DNA of 64,000 bases from Carcharhinus amblyrhynchos. Taxonomy: Eukaryota. Made by a program: the position numbers and the translations under genes. The notes below the pieces were generated by a model, which saw only the letters and a program-made list of their open reading frames with translations, did no database searches and was not told the origin of the DNA. Where the stretch lies: contig OZ336887.1 of the NCBI GenBank assembly GCA_965287045.1, positions 34,472,001-34,536,000 on the forward strand. The letters are read 5' to 3'. Of this stretch, positions 24,401 to 36,400 are shown in pieces (within the stretch, counting starts at the first letter, position 1; every line of letters starts with the position of its first letter).

Positions 24401-27400
24401 TTCCCGGGTATAAGTGCTTCAGGCGTGATAGGGGAGGGTCGCAGAGAGGTGGGGGAGTGGCGTTGTTAGTTAAGGATTGCATCATAGCAGTGCAGAGGGA
24501 GGGAGGAATAGAGGATATAGGAATCGAGTCGCTATGGGTGGAGTTGAGGAATAGGAAGGGAGATGTTACTATGTTGGGTGTGTACTACAGACCGCCCAAC
24601 AGCCCGAGGGCTGTGGAAGAAGGGATAAGCAGGGACATTCTAGATAAGTGCAGGAAGAATAGGGTGGTGGTAGTGGGAGATTTTAATCTCCCCGGGGTAG
24701 ACTGGAAGGTGCCGAGATCAGAGGGTGCTGACGGGGAGGAATTTGTACAGTGTGTAATGGAAGGATCCCTGGAGCAGTATGTGGATAGCCCGACCAGGGA
24801 GGGGGCTATACTGGACTTGGTTCTGGGGAATGAGCCTGGGCAGGTGGTTGACGTTGAAGTAGGAGAGCAGGTGGCTAACAGTGACCACAACTCTGTCTGG
24901 TTTAAGATATTAATGGATAAAGATGAAGCCTGTCCTAAGGGGAGGGTGTTAAACTGGGGGAGGGCTAGATACAACCGGATTAGGCAGGATCTTAAAGATA
25001 CGGACTGGGGTAAGCTGCTTGATGGCAGGTCGACGCTGGGTATGTGGGAGTCTCTCAAGGGAAAACTAAAATCTTTGCAGGAAAGGCACGTGCCGGTCAA
25101 GAGGAAGGATGGGAAGGGTAGGATTAGAGAGCCGTGGGTAACTAGGGATATTGAGGACCTGGTCAGGAGGAAGAGGGAGGCGTACATTAGATCTAGGCAT
25201 TTGAGGACAGAGATAGCGTTAGAAGAATACAGAGAATGTAGGAGAGAACTTAAAAGGGGCATCAGAAAGGCAAAAAGGGGCCATGAAATGGCTTTGGCGG
25301 GTAGGATTAAAGAAAATCCTAAGGCATTTTACTCCTATGTTAGAAATAAAAGGATGGTTAGAGGGAAGATTGGTCCTCTCAGGGACAGAGGAGGGGAACT
25401 ATGCTTGGAGCCTGGGGGAATGGGGGAGATCCTGAATGAATACTTTGCGTCGGTATTCACGCAGGAGAGGGGCCTGATGTCTGGTGCTGTGCTTGAGGAG
25501 TTTGAGGATCCGTTGAGGGATATAGTCATCACGAGGGAAGAGGTGTTGGGACTTTTAGACAGTATAAAGACGGATAAATCTCCAGGGCCTGATGGCATCT
25601 ATCCCAGGCTGTTAAGGGAGGTGAGGGATGAAATTGCTGGGCCTCTGACGCAAATCTTTGTCTCTTCTTTGGACACAGGTGAGGTCCCAGAGGATTGGCG
25701 CATTGCAAATGTAGTACCGTTGTTTAAGAAGGGTCAGAGGGATAACCCAGGGAATTATAGGCCAGTGAGCTTGACTTCAGTTATAGGCAAGCTAATGGAG
25801 AGGATCCTCAAGGATAGGATGTATGAACATCTGGAGCGCTGCAATCTGATCAGGGATACGCAGCATGGCTTCGTTACAGGGAGGTCATGCCTTACGAATC
25901 TAGTGGAATTTTTTGAAGAGGTGACAAAAACGGTTGACGAAGGACAAGCCGTTGATGTCGTCTATATGGATTTCAGTAAGGCGTTTGACAAGGTCCCTCA
26001 TGGTAGGCTGATAGAAAAGGTGAAGGCTCATGGGATACAAGGCCAGGTATGTAGATGGGTGGAGAACTGGCTTGGGAGGAGGAGACAGCGAGTAGTAGTG
26101 GAAGGCTCCTTTTCCAATTGGAGGCCTGTCACCAGTGGTGTGCCGCAGGGCTCGGTACTTGGACCTCTTCTATTTGTGGTATATATTAATGACTTGGAAG
26201 AGGGGGTAGGTGGTGTGATCAGCAAATTTGCTGATGACACCAAGATGGTTGGATTGGCGGGTACTGAGGAGCAGTGCCTGGCAATGCAACAGGACATAGA
26301 CAGGCTGGTAGATTGGGCAGATAGATGGCAAATGGAATTTAATCCGGAGAAATGCGAGGTGATGCACTTTGGCCGGAATAATGTGGAGGGGAGTTATACG
26401 ATAAAAGGTAGAACTATCCGGAGTATAGATACGCAGAGAGACCTGGGGGTGCAAGTGCATAAGTCCCTGAAGGTGTCGGTACAGGTGCAGAATGTGATGA
26501 GGAAAGCGTATGGTATGTTAGCCTTCATAGGAAGAGGTATAGAATATAAGAGTAGGAGTCTGATGTTGCAGTTGTATAGAACGTTGGTTAGGCCTCACTT
26601 GGAGTACTGCGTCCAGTTCTGGTCGCCGTACTACCGGAAGGATGTAGAGATCCTGGAGAGAGTGCAGAGGAGATTTACCAGGATGTTGCCTGGTATGGAA
26701 GGGCTGTCTTACGAGGAAAGATTGGATGAACTTGGGCTGTTTTCCCTTGAGAGACGTCGGCTGAGGGGGGATCTAATAGAGGTTTATAAGATTATGAAGG
26801 GGATAGATAGAGTAAATGGTGGTAAGCTTTTTCCGCTACAAGAAATGGATAGAACGAGGGGTCACGGGCTTAGGGTGAGGGGGGCTAGGTATAAGACAAA
26901 TATTAGAGGGCAGTTTTTCACGCAAAGGGTAGTGGGGGTGTGGAATGCACTGCCGAGTAAGGTGGTGGAAGCAGGCACGCTAGGGTTGTTTAAGAGTCAC
27001 TTAGACAGCCATATGAGCGGGCTACATATAGGGGGATATAGTAGGCCTTACTGAACATTGTAGGCTTGGGAATACGTTTTGCCTCAGGAATGTTAGTCTT
27101 TGCCTGTTTAATAATGAATTTTTTTGTCTCCACAGGCATTTAAGTCCAGCATGGGGCATGCAGGCGGCAGGTTGTAGTGGGCTGCTCTTGGATGTTGCTT
27201 CGGGAGTTGCCTATTGCTTCATGTCGTTAGTGTGCTTAAACTGGACCATCTCGAGGGCAACATGACAGCTCAGAGACTATCTCTGTTGCTGTGCGGACAC
27301 ATGGATTTGGGCCTGTGTCTGTGGGAGTTTGCACGTTCTCCCCGTGGTTGCGTGGGTTTCCTCCGGGTGCTCCGGTTTCCTCCCACATCCCCCAAAGATG

Positions 27401-30400
27401 TGCTTTTAGGCTGATTGATTGGGTACTAAAATTGTCCCTAAATTGGACCTCCCTGATCCTCGCACGTTAGGCGTAGACTAAAATCATGAATAGGTCACTG
27501 AGATAGTAGGACGGCGGCGCGGGCTCGTTGGGCCGAAGGGCCTGTTTCCCGTGCTGTGTTGTTCTTTGTTCTTTGTTCAGTCCAGAGGGATGTTAATGCA
27601 TTTTAACGCAAAATAATCACGAGAACAAGCCATTGTGGGTGAAGTACAAATAATGTTGTTTTTTCCATCAGTTCTATGTTATCAGGTGACATTCCTTGGA
27701 ACTTTAGACCTTTTATAGTTTGTAAATTCTATTGTCATTTTCCTGTTGTAGTGTTAAGCTGATTTTATTATTAATGTAATCTATAAATACTTCATTTCAA
27801 TGTTGGATTTTTTTTGTTTTTAGACAAGAAGGGTCGGAAGAAGAGGAAGGATGGCCTCCCCCCCTTGTTATTGGTGCAGGATCCTGAAACAGCGCTGAAA
27901 CGGATCCAAAACAGTTTGGCAACACTGCTGTCTGAGGAAATGGAAATATGTAGCACCCCTCCGCTGCCTGCAAGCACTTTCCACGTGGGTGGAGTTGTGA
28001 GGCACGTCTGCCATGTACACTCAGGGATAACAGAACAAGATAGCCTGTGGTATCGCAGTGCCTTGTTTGGAGCCAGTGATTGGGACGTAGCACTCTTTTA
28101 TACAAATAGCCTGGTTCCTCCTATAATACCATGGAAACCACAAGAGGTGAGGTGGTTTGTGAAGCATTAAATATTCAAGAGGTTTAATCAGGAGAAGATG
28201 ATTGAAGATTTTATTAATTATGCAAAAAGATCAACGTCCCTATATGCGCACATCTGCTGCCTCCTACTCTTTTATTATCTGTTCCAATTTAAAGAATTTT
28301 ATGAAACCTAAACAATTTTACAGCAGTTTCTGGGAATTGAGTCTGGTCCCTCATGACCTGGAGTTTGCAGTTTCAGATAATTCCCCCTTTGATAGTTACA
28401 TGATTTCACACATGAACAGTAACTCTAGTAAAAGAAATCTGTTTATCAGATTAACTAGAAGTAGCTTTTCTATAGTAACTTTTGTAGAGTAAAACCTTGC
28501 ATTTGGTATGATTTGCACAGGAGCACAGGTTTTCATGCATTTAATTTGTTTATCTGCAGTTAAATGAAAATATGCAGCATATTAAATGACGTACTATTGA
28601 GTGCAATTTTAAATAATATCATTAGTAAATGTTCATGATCTTAATTTTGAAAACTATTAATGAAAATAAAGACTCTGGATTGGCAGTTCAATCTCCTGTC
28701 ACTTTTGATAATACAGTAAAAAGTCTGACAACACCAGGTTTTAGTCCAACCTATTTATTTGATAATATACTCACAAGCTTTCGGGGTTAGTCCCTTCGTC
28801 AGGTGAATGGAGAGTTCTGGCCTCAGACAGAGCATATAAAGCTCTGTCTGAGGCCAGAACTCTCCATTCACCTGACGAAGGGACTAACCCCGAAAGCTTG
28901 TGAGTATATTATCAAATAAATAGGTTGGACTAAAACCTGGTGTTGTCAGACTTTTTACTGTGTTTACGCCAGTCCAACGCCGGCATACCCACATCATGAC
29001 TTTTGATAATACCATCTACTAAAGTTAGTGTGATTTACAGTCATTCTTTCACGCTTCTGTGAGAATCAGTCCAAATAAACCAGGTTACCAATAACCTAAT
29101 TGGTTCCATGTTGATTTGAATTACAATATAAAGCAAGTCATTTTGCATTTGTGTAGTATATTTTGTGAACTAGCATCCTGAAGAGACACTAACCATTGAA
29201 TATATAACATTAAACTTATTAAGCATGCAATAGCTTTTTCGTGGAGCTATCTAATTATTCCTGCTTCCTTGCTTTTTCCCCAAAGCCCCGTTAAAAGAAA
29301 AATAATCATAACGTGTGTTTTGTTGAAGGGGCATGATCATGAGTTTTCTACTTACAAGGAAAAGGTGTTATCTTCTACAATGGATGCCAAAGCCCTTCTA
29401 AAACCCACTTCAGAGCTGATCCATCAACACTCTGCACCAGTTGGCAGTGGATGTGAGATTGGGACTAAGGACATGCCCATGACTAGAAGTCAGCAAGATC
29501 AGACATTCTTTGACTTGATGGATTTAGCTGGTGAGGGAATGACATTGACACAATGGAATTACAGGGTGAAGAGTGAGCAAGACAATGGAGTTACAGGAAG
29601 AAACGGTAAGTAGAAACTTTGCACGACTGATTAAAGATCTGGAACATTGTGATCCTTGGATGGTTACAGAATTTTCTTTCAAAAATTGGATTGGGTTTAA
29701 GAATACAGAAATTATATGAATGCTAATTATGGGAATAAATAATTTTGCAGGGAATAGTATTCCTGTTTGGATATTAGTAGAGGTTTTAGAATTGAATTGT
29801 TCTTGTCATTATGAATTAGTACTTAATAAAAGCAGTAATTAATGTGGACTCTGATCCAAAATCTGTTAAATCATGTTTCTCTGAATTGGATAGTAATAGT
29901 TTTCTGATAGATGCTTTTTAATTTCTTGGTATAACTTTTTTTCAGAATAAATGGTACTCAACAGAATTTAATGTTTTGTGTGGTTAGAATGTCTTGTGGA
30001 TAGTGTTGCTTTGTGTTGAATATTGTAATAATGGTTATGGGTTTATCATTCTATTTAGTGAAACTCTCATTTATTCTTATAAATCAAAGCATGTATTCCA
30101 GGTTCAACTGTATCCATTCATTTTAACTGACAGGAAGGGACACTTTATCAGATGACATTATGCCAAGTGGATTTGTCCCAGCTCAGAGCAAGAGAATTTG
30201 TGACAATAATATTCATCATGGAGTAAGCAAACCAGTTTAATTTTATTAAAGTGAGATTCAAATCTGTCCTGTTTCAGCAATTTTGACCATTTTTGTGACT
30301 AGCTCGCTGGTGTGCCCCATCAAAGTTTTAAAGCTTGGACGAGAAGTCCGACACAACATGGAGAGATTATTTTGTAATGTTAAGTGCTGGTAATTGTTTT

Positions 30401-33400
30401 AATGCTTGCATTTTGATTTCAGAAACAACTGAAGAAACTGAGTGAAGACCTTGGAGGGATGGTGAACAATCCCCACCTGAGTGATGTGCAATTTCAGGTG
30501 GACAATGGCGAGATTGTGTATGCTCACCAGTTTGTTCTCTACGCTCGCTCTCCACAGCTTGTGCAAATTGTAAGTGATAGGAATGCTTTCTGTAAAGGGG
30601 GTGTAAAAATTATTTTTTCAGACCTTTCCCTTTTCAGTCTTCTCTCCCTTCTGGTTAAGAGTCACACAAGAAGCTGTTGTCTCCTTAGAAGCATGCCTTA
30701 CATGAGACTCTTCCATCAGTTGGTACTCCTGATGTATAACATTGTTACATTAACATTGGCGAGAGATTGCAGAATAATAAAGCTGCTTTGTTTGCAACTG
30801 GGGAATGTGTATCAAACCTGGCTCTACAATTTAACCATCTCCAATGATGTGCATAATGTTTTGTTCTACCTTGTGCTGCCACGTACTTTTTTAGACATAA
30901 GCTTGTACTAATTTGAATCATTCAGAATGGAATTACTTAACCCGAGTTAAATCCAGTGAGTGATCAGTTAAATCTGACTGCCTTTAAATAGTAAGTGAGT
31001 TATGTGGCTCTCCTGAAGGATTAACCCATGGCAGCTTACCACAATTCTTCACCCATTCTCTTTTGCCAACTCTTCTGCCACCATATCACCCATTTACTTG
31101 TGGCTGACATGGTGGCACAGTGGTTAGCACTGCTACCCACAATGCCAGGGACCCGGGTTCGATTCCCAGCTGGTTCACTGTCCACGTGGAGTTTGCATGT
31201 TCTCCCCCTTTCTGCATGGGTTTCCTCTGGGTGCTCCGGTTTCCTCCCACAGTCGGAAAGACGTGCTGGTTAGATGCATTGGCCATGCTAAATTTTCCGT
31301 CAGTGTACCCGAACAGGTGCCAGAGTCTGGCGATTAGGGGAATTTCACAGTAACTTCATTGCAGTGTTAATGTAAGCCTTACTTGTGACCAATAAATGAA
31401 CTTTACTTTAAACCTTGAGTTTGTTGACTTATTTGTTTTGTAGGTGCACGATGAAGGATTCTTGGTGGAAGAGGATGGTGCTGCTGTGATCCGCAGACTC
31501 TTAATGCCTGAAGTAACGATAGAGGCTGTCTGTACATTCCTTCGATATCTGTATACTGCTAGTATTGCGGTATCTCCTACTGTACTTCCAGAGGTGCATG
31601 CTCTTGCTAAGAGGTCAGTATAGTTATACCATACTAAGATCAGTTGACTATCGAATTGGTGCCATTAATCTGTAGTACATCACTGATTCACTTTTTAGAA
31701 ATTTGATTCTGAAGCATGAAATAAAATAACCGACTTAAAAGATAGAAAGGAGCTTGCCAAAGGAATTTTTTTTGTCTTGAATAGATTTCTGACATCTGCA
31801 GAATATGATCTTAAGATATCTTATTGCCTGCTGACTTACCTTTTCAGATTGACAATGATTCTGTGTTGATCAGGTTTACTATGAACGAGTTGATACAGAT
31901 TTGCGAGGCCTGGCCAGATGAAGCTGAGCCCGATGGAAGTAGTTCGGAAAATGATCCTTTCACTATCACAGAAGACAATAACTATGGAAACAGAGAAGAC
32001 AACCTCCAGGACCTTTTGAGATCTATGTGGGCAGGTGAATCAGAAGATCCTGCCTTGGATATCAAATCTGCAGATTACGAGGATGAAGAAAAGGTCAGTG
32101 AGAAAGTTGATGATGAGGAATTAGAAGAACTTTATGAGTTTGCTGCAACTCAGCGAAAAATCATGAGAACCTCCCTTAAGGCTCAAGAAAGTGAGAGACC
32201 TGATCAGAACAGTGTGGAAACTGGAGAGGAAACTGAGGTGCATGAAGAAAATGAGCAAAGTGTGGAGGGACTAAGAACTGAAAGTGAAACTGTAGGAAAT
32301 TGTGAGTCCTCCATGACTGAAGGAGAAAGCGGACCTGACTCTCGATGTTTTTTGAAGACACTGGAAGGATCCAAGATGCAAGAACCCTCTCAGAAAGTCA
32401 AAGCATTTCAACTGGAGGGATTATATAAGCAGAGCTCCAGACCTGATTTAAATACCAGCAATGACTGCCTTTTTTCAGAAACTGATCTATCGGTAGAATC
32501 TGAGCAGGATATGGAACTTGGAGAAAAGTATGATTTTGATGCCTCTGAAGGAGACAAGGCTTTGCCTACAACAGGCAATCATTTGTTTATCTCCTCTGCC
32601 AACTGCAGCATTAACCGCATTTCACCCATCTGTGAGATTGAAAGTCCGTCTGCTTGCCCAAGTTTACCCGATCTGCCTCTGGTTGGCCTGTCACCATTGG
32701 AAACTTGTACAAATGTGAAATCTCCACAAGAACGTCCACCTTTGACCTCGGCCGTAACCCCATCCCTTGGGGCTGTGCACCATGTGAATCCAACTGAAGC
32801 CTTGTCTTGTGACTCACTGGTTTCAACTGGGCAACAAAATTTGGCAAGTGAAAAGTGTGATAATTCTAGCATTCTTCAGGAACTAAATGCTCACAAATCT
32901 CCAAAATATTTTGGAGATTGTCCATCAAAGGCAAAATCCCTTTCAACAAGTGCTCTTTGCTTGAAGATGCCATTGCCATCCCAAAATACCTGTGAGGTAC
33001 ACCACTGCAATCTGTCACCACCTATTAGCATTGACTCCAGTCAGTCTCCATCAAAGAATAAATCCCTGCTGGTCATAGACTCCGATGAGGAAATGGAAAT
33101 AACTGAAAACAAAATGTCAGCACCTTGTTCTGAAAACGTACAGTTAATGTCATTGTACAATATTAAACGGTCTAATGATGAATTAGACCCACATTCATGT
33201 GGTAAACGATTTAGTACTACATGCAATAAGGTGTTGAGTTCTGAGATGCACACTGAACAGAGAAACTTCAGAGTTTCTGGAATTCCATCCAAGTGCCTGG
33301 ATGAGGTATATGACAAGAGCAGTTCAGTGTTATCCACATCTGGTGTTGCTAAACAAGTGGCTAACCACGAAAATCATGTTCAAGATAGTGAAAGTAAGCT

Positions 33401-36400
33401 GACTCTACAGCTTAGCAGTGACGGTGAACAGAGTAATGAAGACCATGCTGTGGAGGGGTCCTGGCTGATTCCAGCCACTCCACTTTCAACCAGAACTAGA
33501 CACTGTTCCACACTGGCTACAAATTCCCGCATTCTGCAGAATCAAAATATTGAAGAGAGCACGTTGTTTGAGAAGCCAATGGAACAGCAGATTACGGTGT
33601 TAAAATCTGATGGTGTGGAGCAGGAAAAAGCACAGGCAATTAACCCATTGAAGAATGGGTTCAGAGGTGCTAAAGAAATAAACCTAGTTAGAGAGTCAGA
33701 TTGTCCTGTAGAGAGGAATTCCATCAGTCAGTCATTGAGTGATTCACTGCCTTCATCCCTGATTCCTCCCACACAGACCTCAGACTGTAGTGTTGAATTA
33801 GAAAGTGAGGACGCTTCAGTCGCTCATTCTCCTTCAGTGAAGCTAACAGGAGCACTGTCAGTGTCACTCTCTTCTGAAGAGAAGGAGGCAACAGACAAGT
33901 CTGTGCTGGAGATCGAAGACACTGAGGAGGAGATGCCAACAGCTGAAGCTAGTTTTCAGTTTGAAGATGGGCCACCGATACCGTATGATGAGTGTTGGAT
34001 GTCTGAAGGTAGTCCTCAACTTGAAGAGGATTCTAATGGTGAGGATGCATTTCTTCAGAAGACAATCAATCAAATGAAGAATAAAGATGAACTAGATCAT
34101 ACCACAAATTCCGAGAACAAAAATAGCACACCTCTCTCAGAAAAATCAAAGCCCAGTGGGCCCTTTTCATCTATTCAAGAACATCAGGACAGCAAAGCTG
34201 ATGAAAAGAACCTTTCAAGAAGACAACGTCTCAGTTTTTTTGAATCCAATATCTGGGATGATTGGGATGAAGATGAGGAAGTTCCTGAATTCATCCCTGG
34301 ATTGTCTCAAAAGTTACCTGTGCTTCAGAAGGACACCACTAATTCCAGAAAACGTGTTGCTGAGCACAAGACTCCAGGTAAGCAATTACCATGGATTAAG
34401 GAAGATTTTTAGCCCCAGGCTTTTTGAAGATTTGCAGTCAGTCTTAAAACTGGAGATGTGATATATGTGTGTTTTGAAGTTTAACCGTATAAACAACAAA
34501 GCTTTGAACATTTTTCAGACAATATTGCTTTAAGCATTTTGATTAAGTTTACATATCTCTGACAAATCCTGTCGAGATCTCTAAACCAAAATAACCAAAT
34601 TTATTGAATGACATCCCCCCCCCCCCCCCCAATCAAGAAATTACCAAAAAGATTCCAATTTTTGTAATTTTTACTTTGATATGAATCAGAACCAGTGAAA
34701 ACCGCACATGAATTACCAGGCAATAATACTTCAAATATAAAGGTAAATCTCACTTTAAATAGTGAATGCAACAAAGAGGCATCTTACCTCATTCACACCA
34801 ATGTCCCCACACGTAAATGCAGCACTCCATAGCTACTCAGCTCTGCAATATCCAGTTCTTTATTCATGCAAGGTAGGTCAGGAGTCTTAGAACAATTTGT
34901 TGATAACTTTCACCTTCAAGTTTCACAGATATGATTATCATCAACAAGGCACACTTCTACACATCTTCACTCCATCTGGTCACAACAGTCCAAGCTATTC
35001 ACATGGATTTCTAGTTTTAGACCTTTTTAGCCAGCTCGCATGTCCAAAAACTCTTATCATTTTTTTCTACCAAACAGACTTATTCTTGAGGTTTGCCTCC
35101 TTTTCCTGCAAGGAGCCCGTGTTCTTTCTGTCTCTATCTTCTTTCTCTTGGTAGCTGCGTCAGTGTGCTGATCGCTTTCACCCTCCAGCTCCTCTGTATG
35201 TAGCTCTCCACCAACCACATGGCTTATTTCTTCCTTCCTGTTGCTACTGCTTCTAGGCCAAGGGTAGACAGATCACATGGACTACTATTTCTTATCCAAT
35301 GAAGTTTATTCCTTTATAATTGATGCAAACTTTTTTCAAACTTTCGTAAAAGCAGTTTGATTCTACAGATCTTGAAGGAAATTGCAAATTTTCCTTACTG
35401 TACTGCTTCTGGGTCAAAGGTCATCACAATACCAGATATATAAATGTCTTTGGTCTCAATATGTGTAGTGGCTCAGAGTGATTTTCTTCCCCCATTATCT
35501 GTTTGTGCGAATTATGCTAAACCTTGAATGGTATAATTTTTACTTTTTACAGCCAACATGAAACCTGGCTGTATACAATATAAACTGCAAACACAGGGAA
35601 AACTGAAAGTTAAACTGTAGATGTGAAGCCAGGGCTATGGAGTAAATAAAGTTTTTGTAATTTTAAAGCCAGTGCACGTCACAGCAATGTTGATTGAATG
35701 TAGCAGTATTCTTTCATTCAGTTTTGTGGCCTTTTTAGGCTTATTTTCATCCACTGTATGATTTTGTATCTTCCTTCAGCACCTGTCAACCGAAGGAAGG
35801 CTCAATATCCATTGGCTCCCATCACCCCAGAACCTCCTTACTCAACAATGGCCACCCCACACCTAAAGAAGGAACTGGGCAAGTAAGATGATGGTTGCGG
35901 TTGAGTTTTTAATGAAGGCAGAGATTTCCTTCATTTTTTTGAATAAAGGAATAAATTCACTAATAAACGGGAACTTTACAGGCTGGAGAACAACAATGTG
36001 GCATCTTTACCCAGAAAGTGGTGAGAATGTGGAACTCCTAACACAGGGAGTAGTTGAGGCGAGTGCCAGAGATACCTTTTATAGAGGAGCTAGATCAGCA
36101 GATAGGAGAAAGGAACTGAGCACTGGCTGATAGAGTTAGATGAAAATACAAGATTCTTACAGGGATTGACAGGATAAATGTGGGAAGGAAGTCTATAACC
36201 AGCGTGCACAGTCTCAGGTTCCATTTAGGGCTGAGATGAAGAGGAATTTCTTCACTCAGAGGGTGGTGAATATCTGAAGTTTTCTAGCTCAGAGGGCTTT
36301 GAAGGCTCAGACATTGAGTATGTTCAAGACAAAGATCAATAGATTTCTAGTTATTTAAGTTATCAAGAGATATGGGGACAGTTTGAAAAAATAGTGATGA

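Noticed and set aside
24585-26460. Antisense ORFs within CR1 copies (also 12927-13418 and 39643-39897)
   Set aside because: Shadow frames of purine-rich RT coding sequence.
31110-31175. Possible tRNA gene
   Set aside because: It has A and B boxes but continues into a V-domain and tail, so it is a SINE head and not a complete cloverleaf.
31842-31873. Alternative SLX4 acceptor at 31848
   Set aside because: Splicing there gives an out-of-frame stop within a few codons, whereas 31874 preserves the frame.
32995-33025. Possible TRF2-binding motif in SLX4 (HHCNLSPP)
   Set aside because: The spacing does not fit the [H/Y/F]xLxP consensus.
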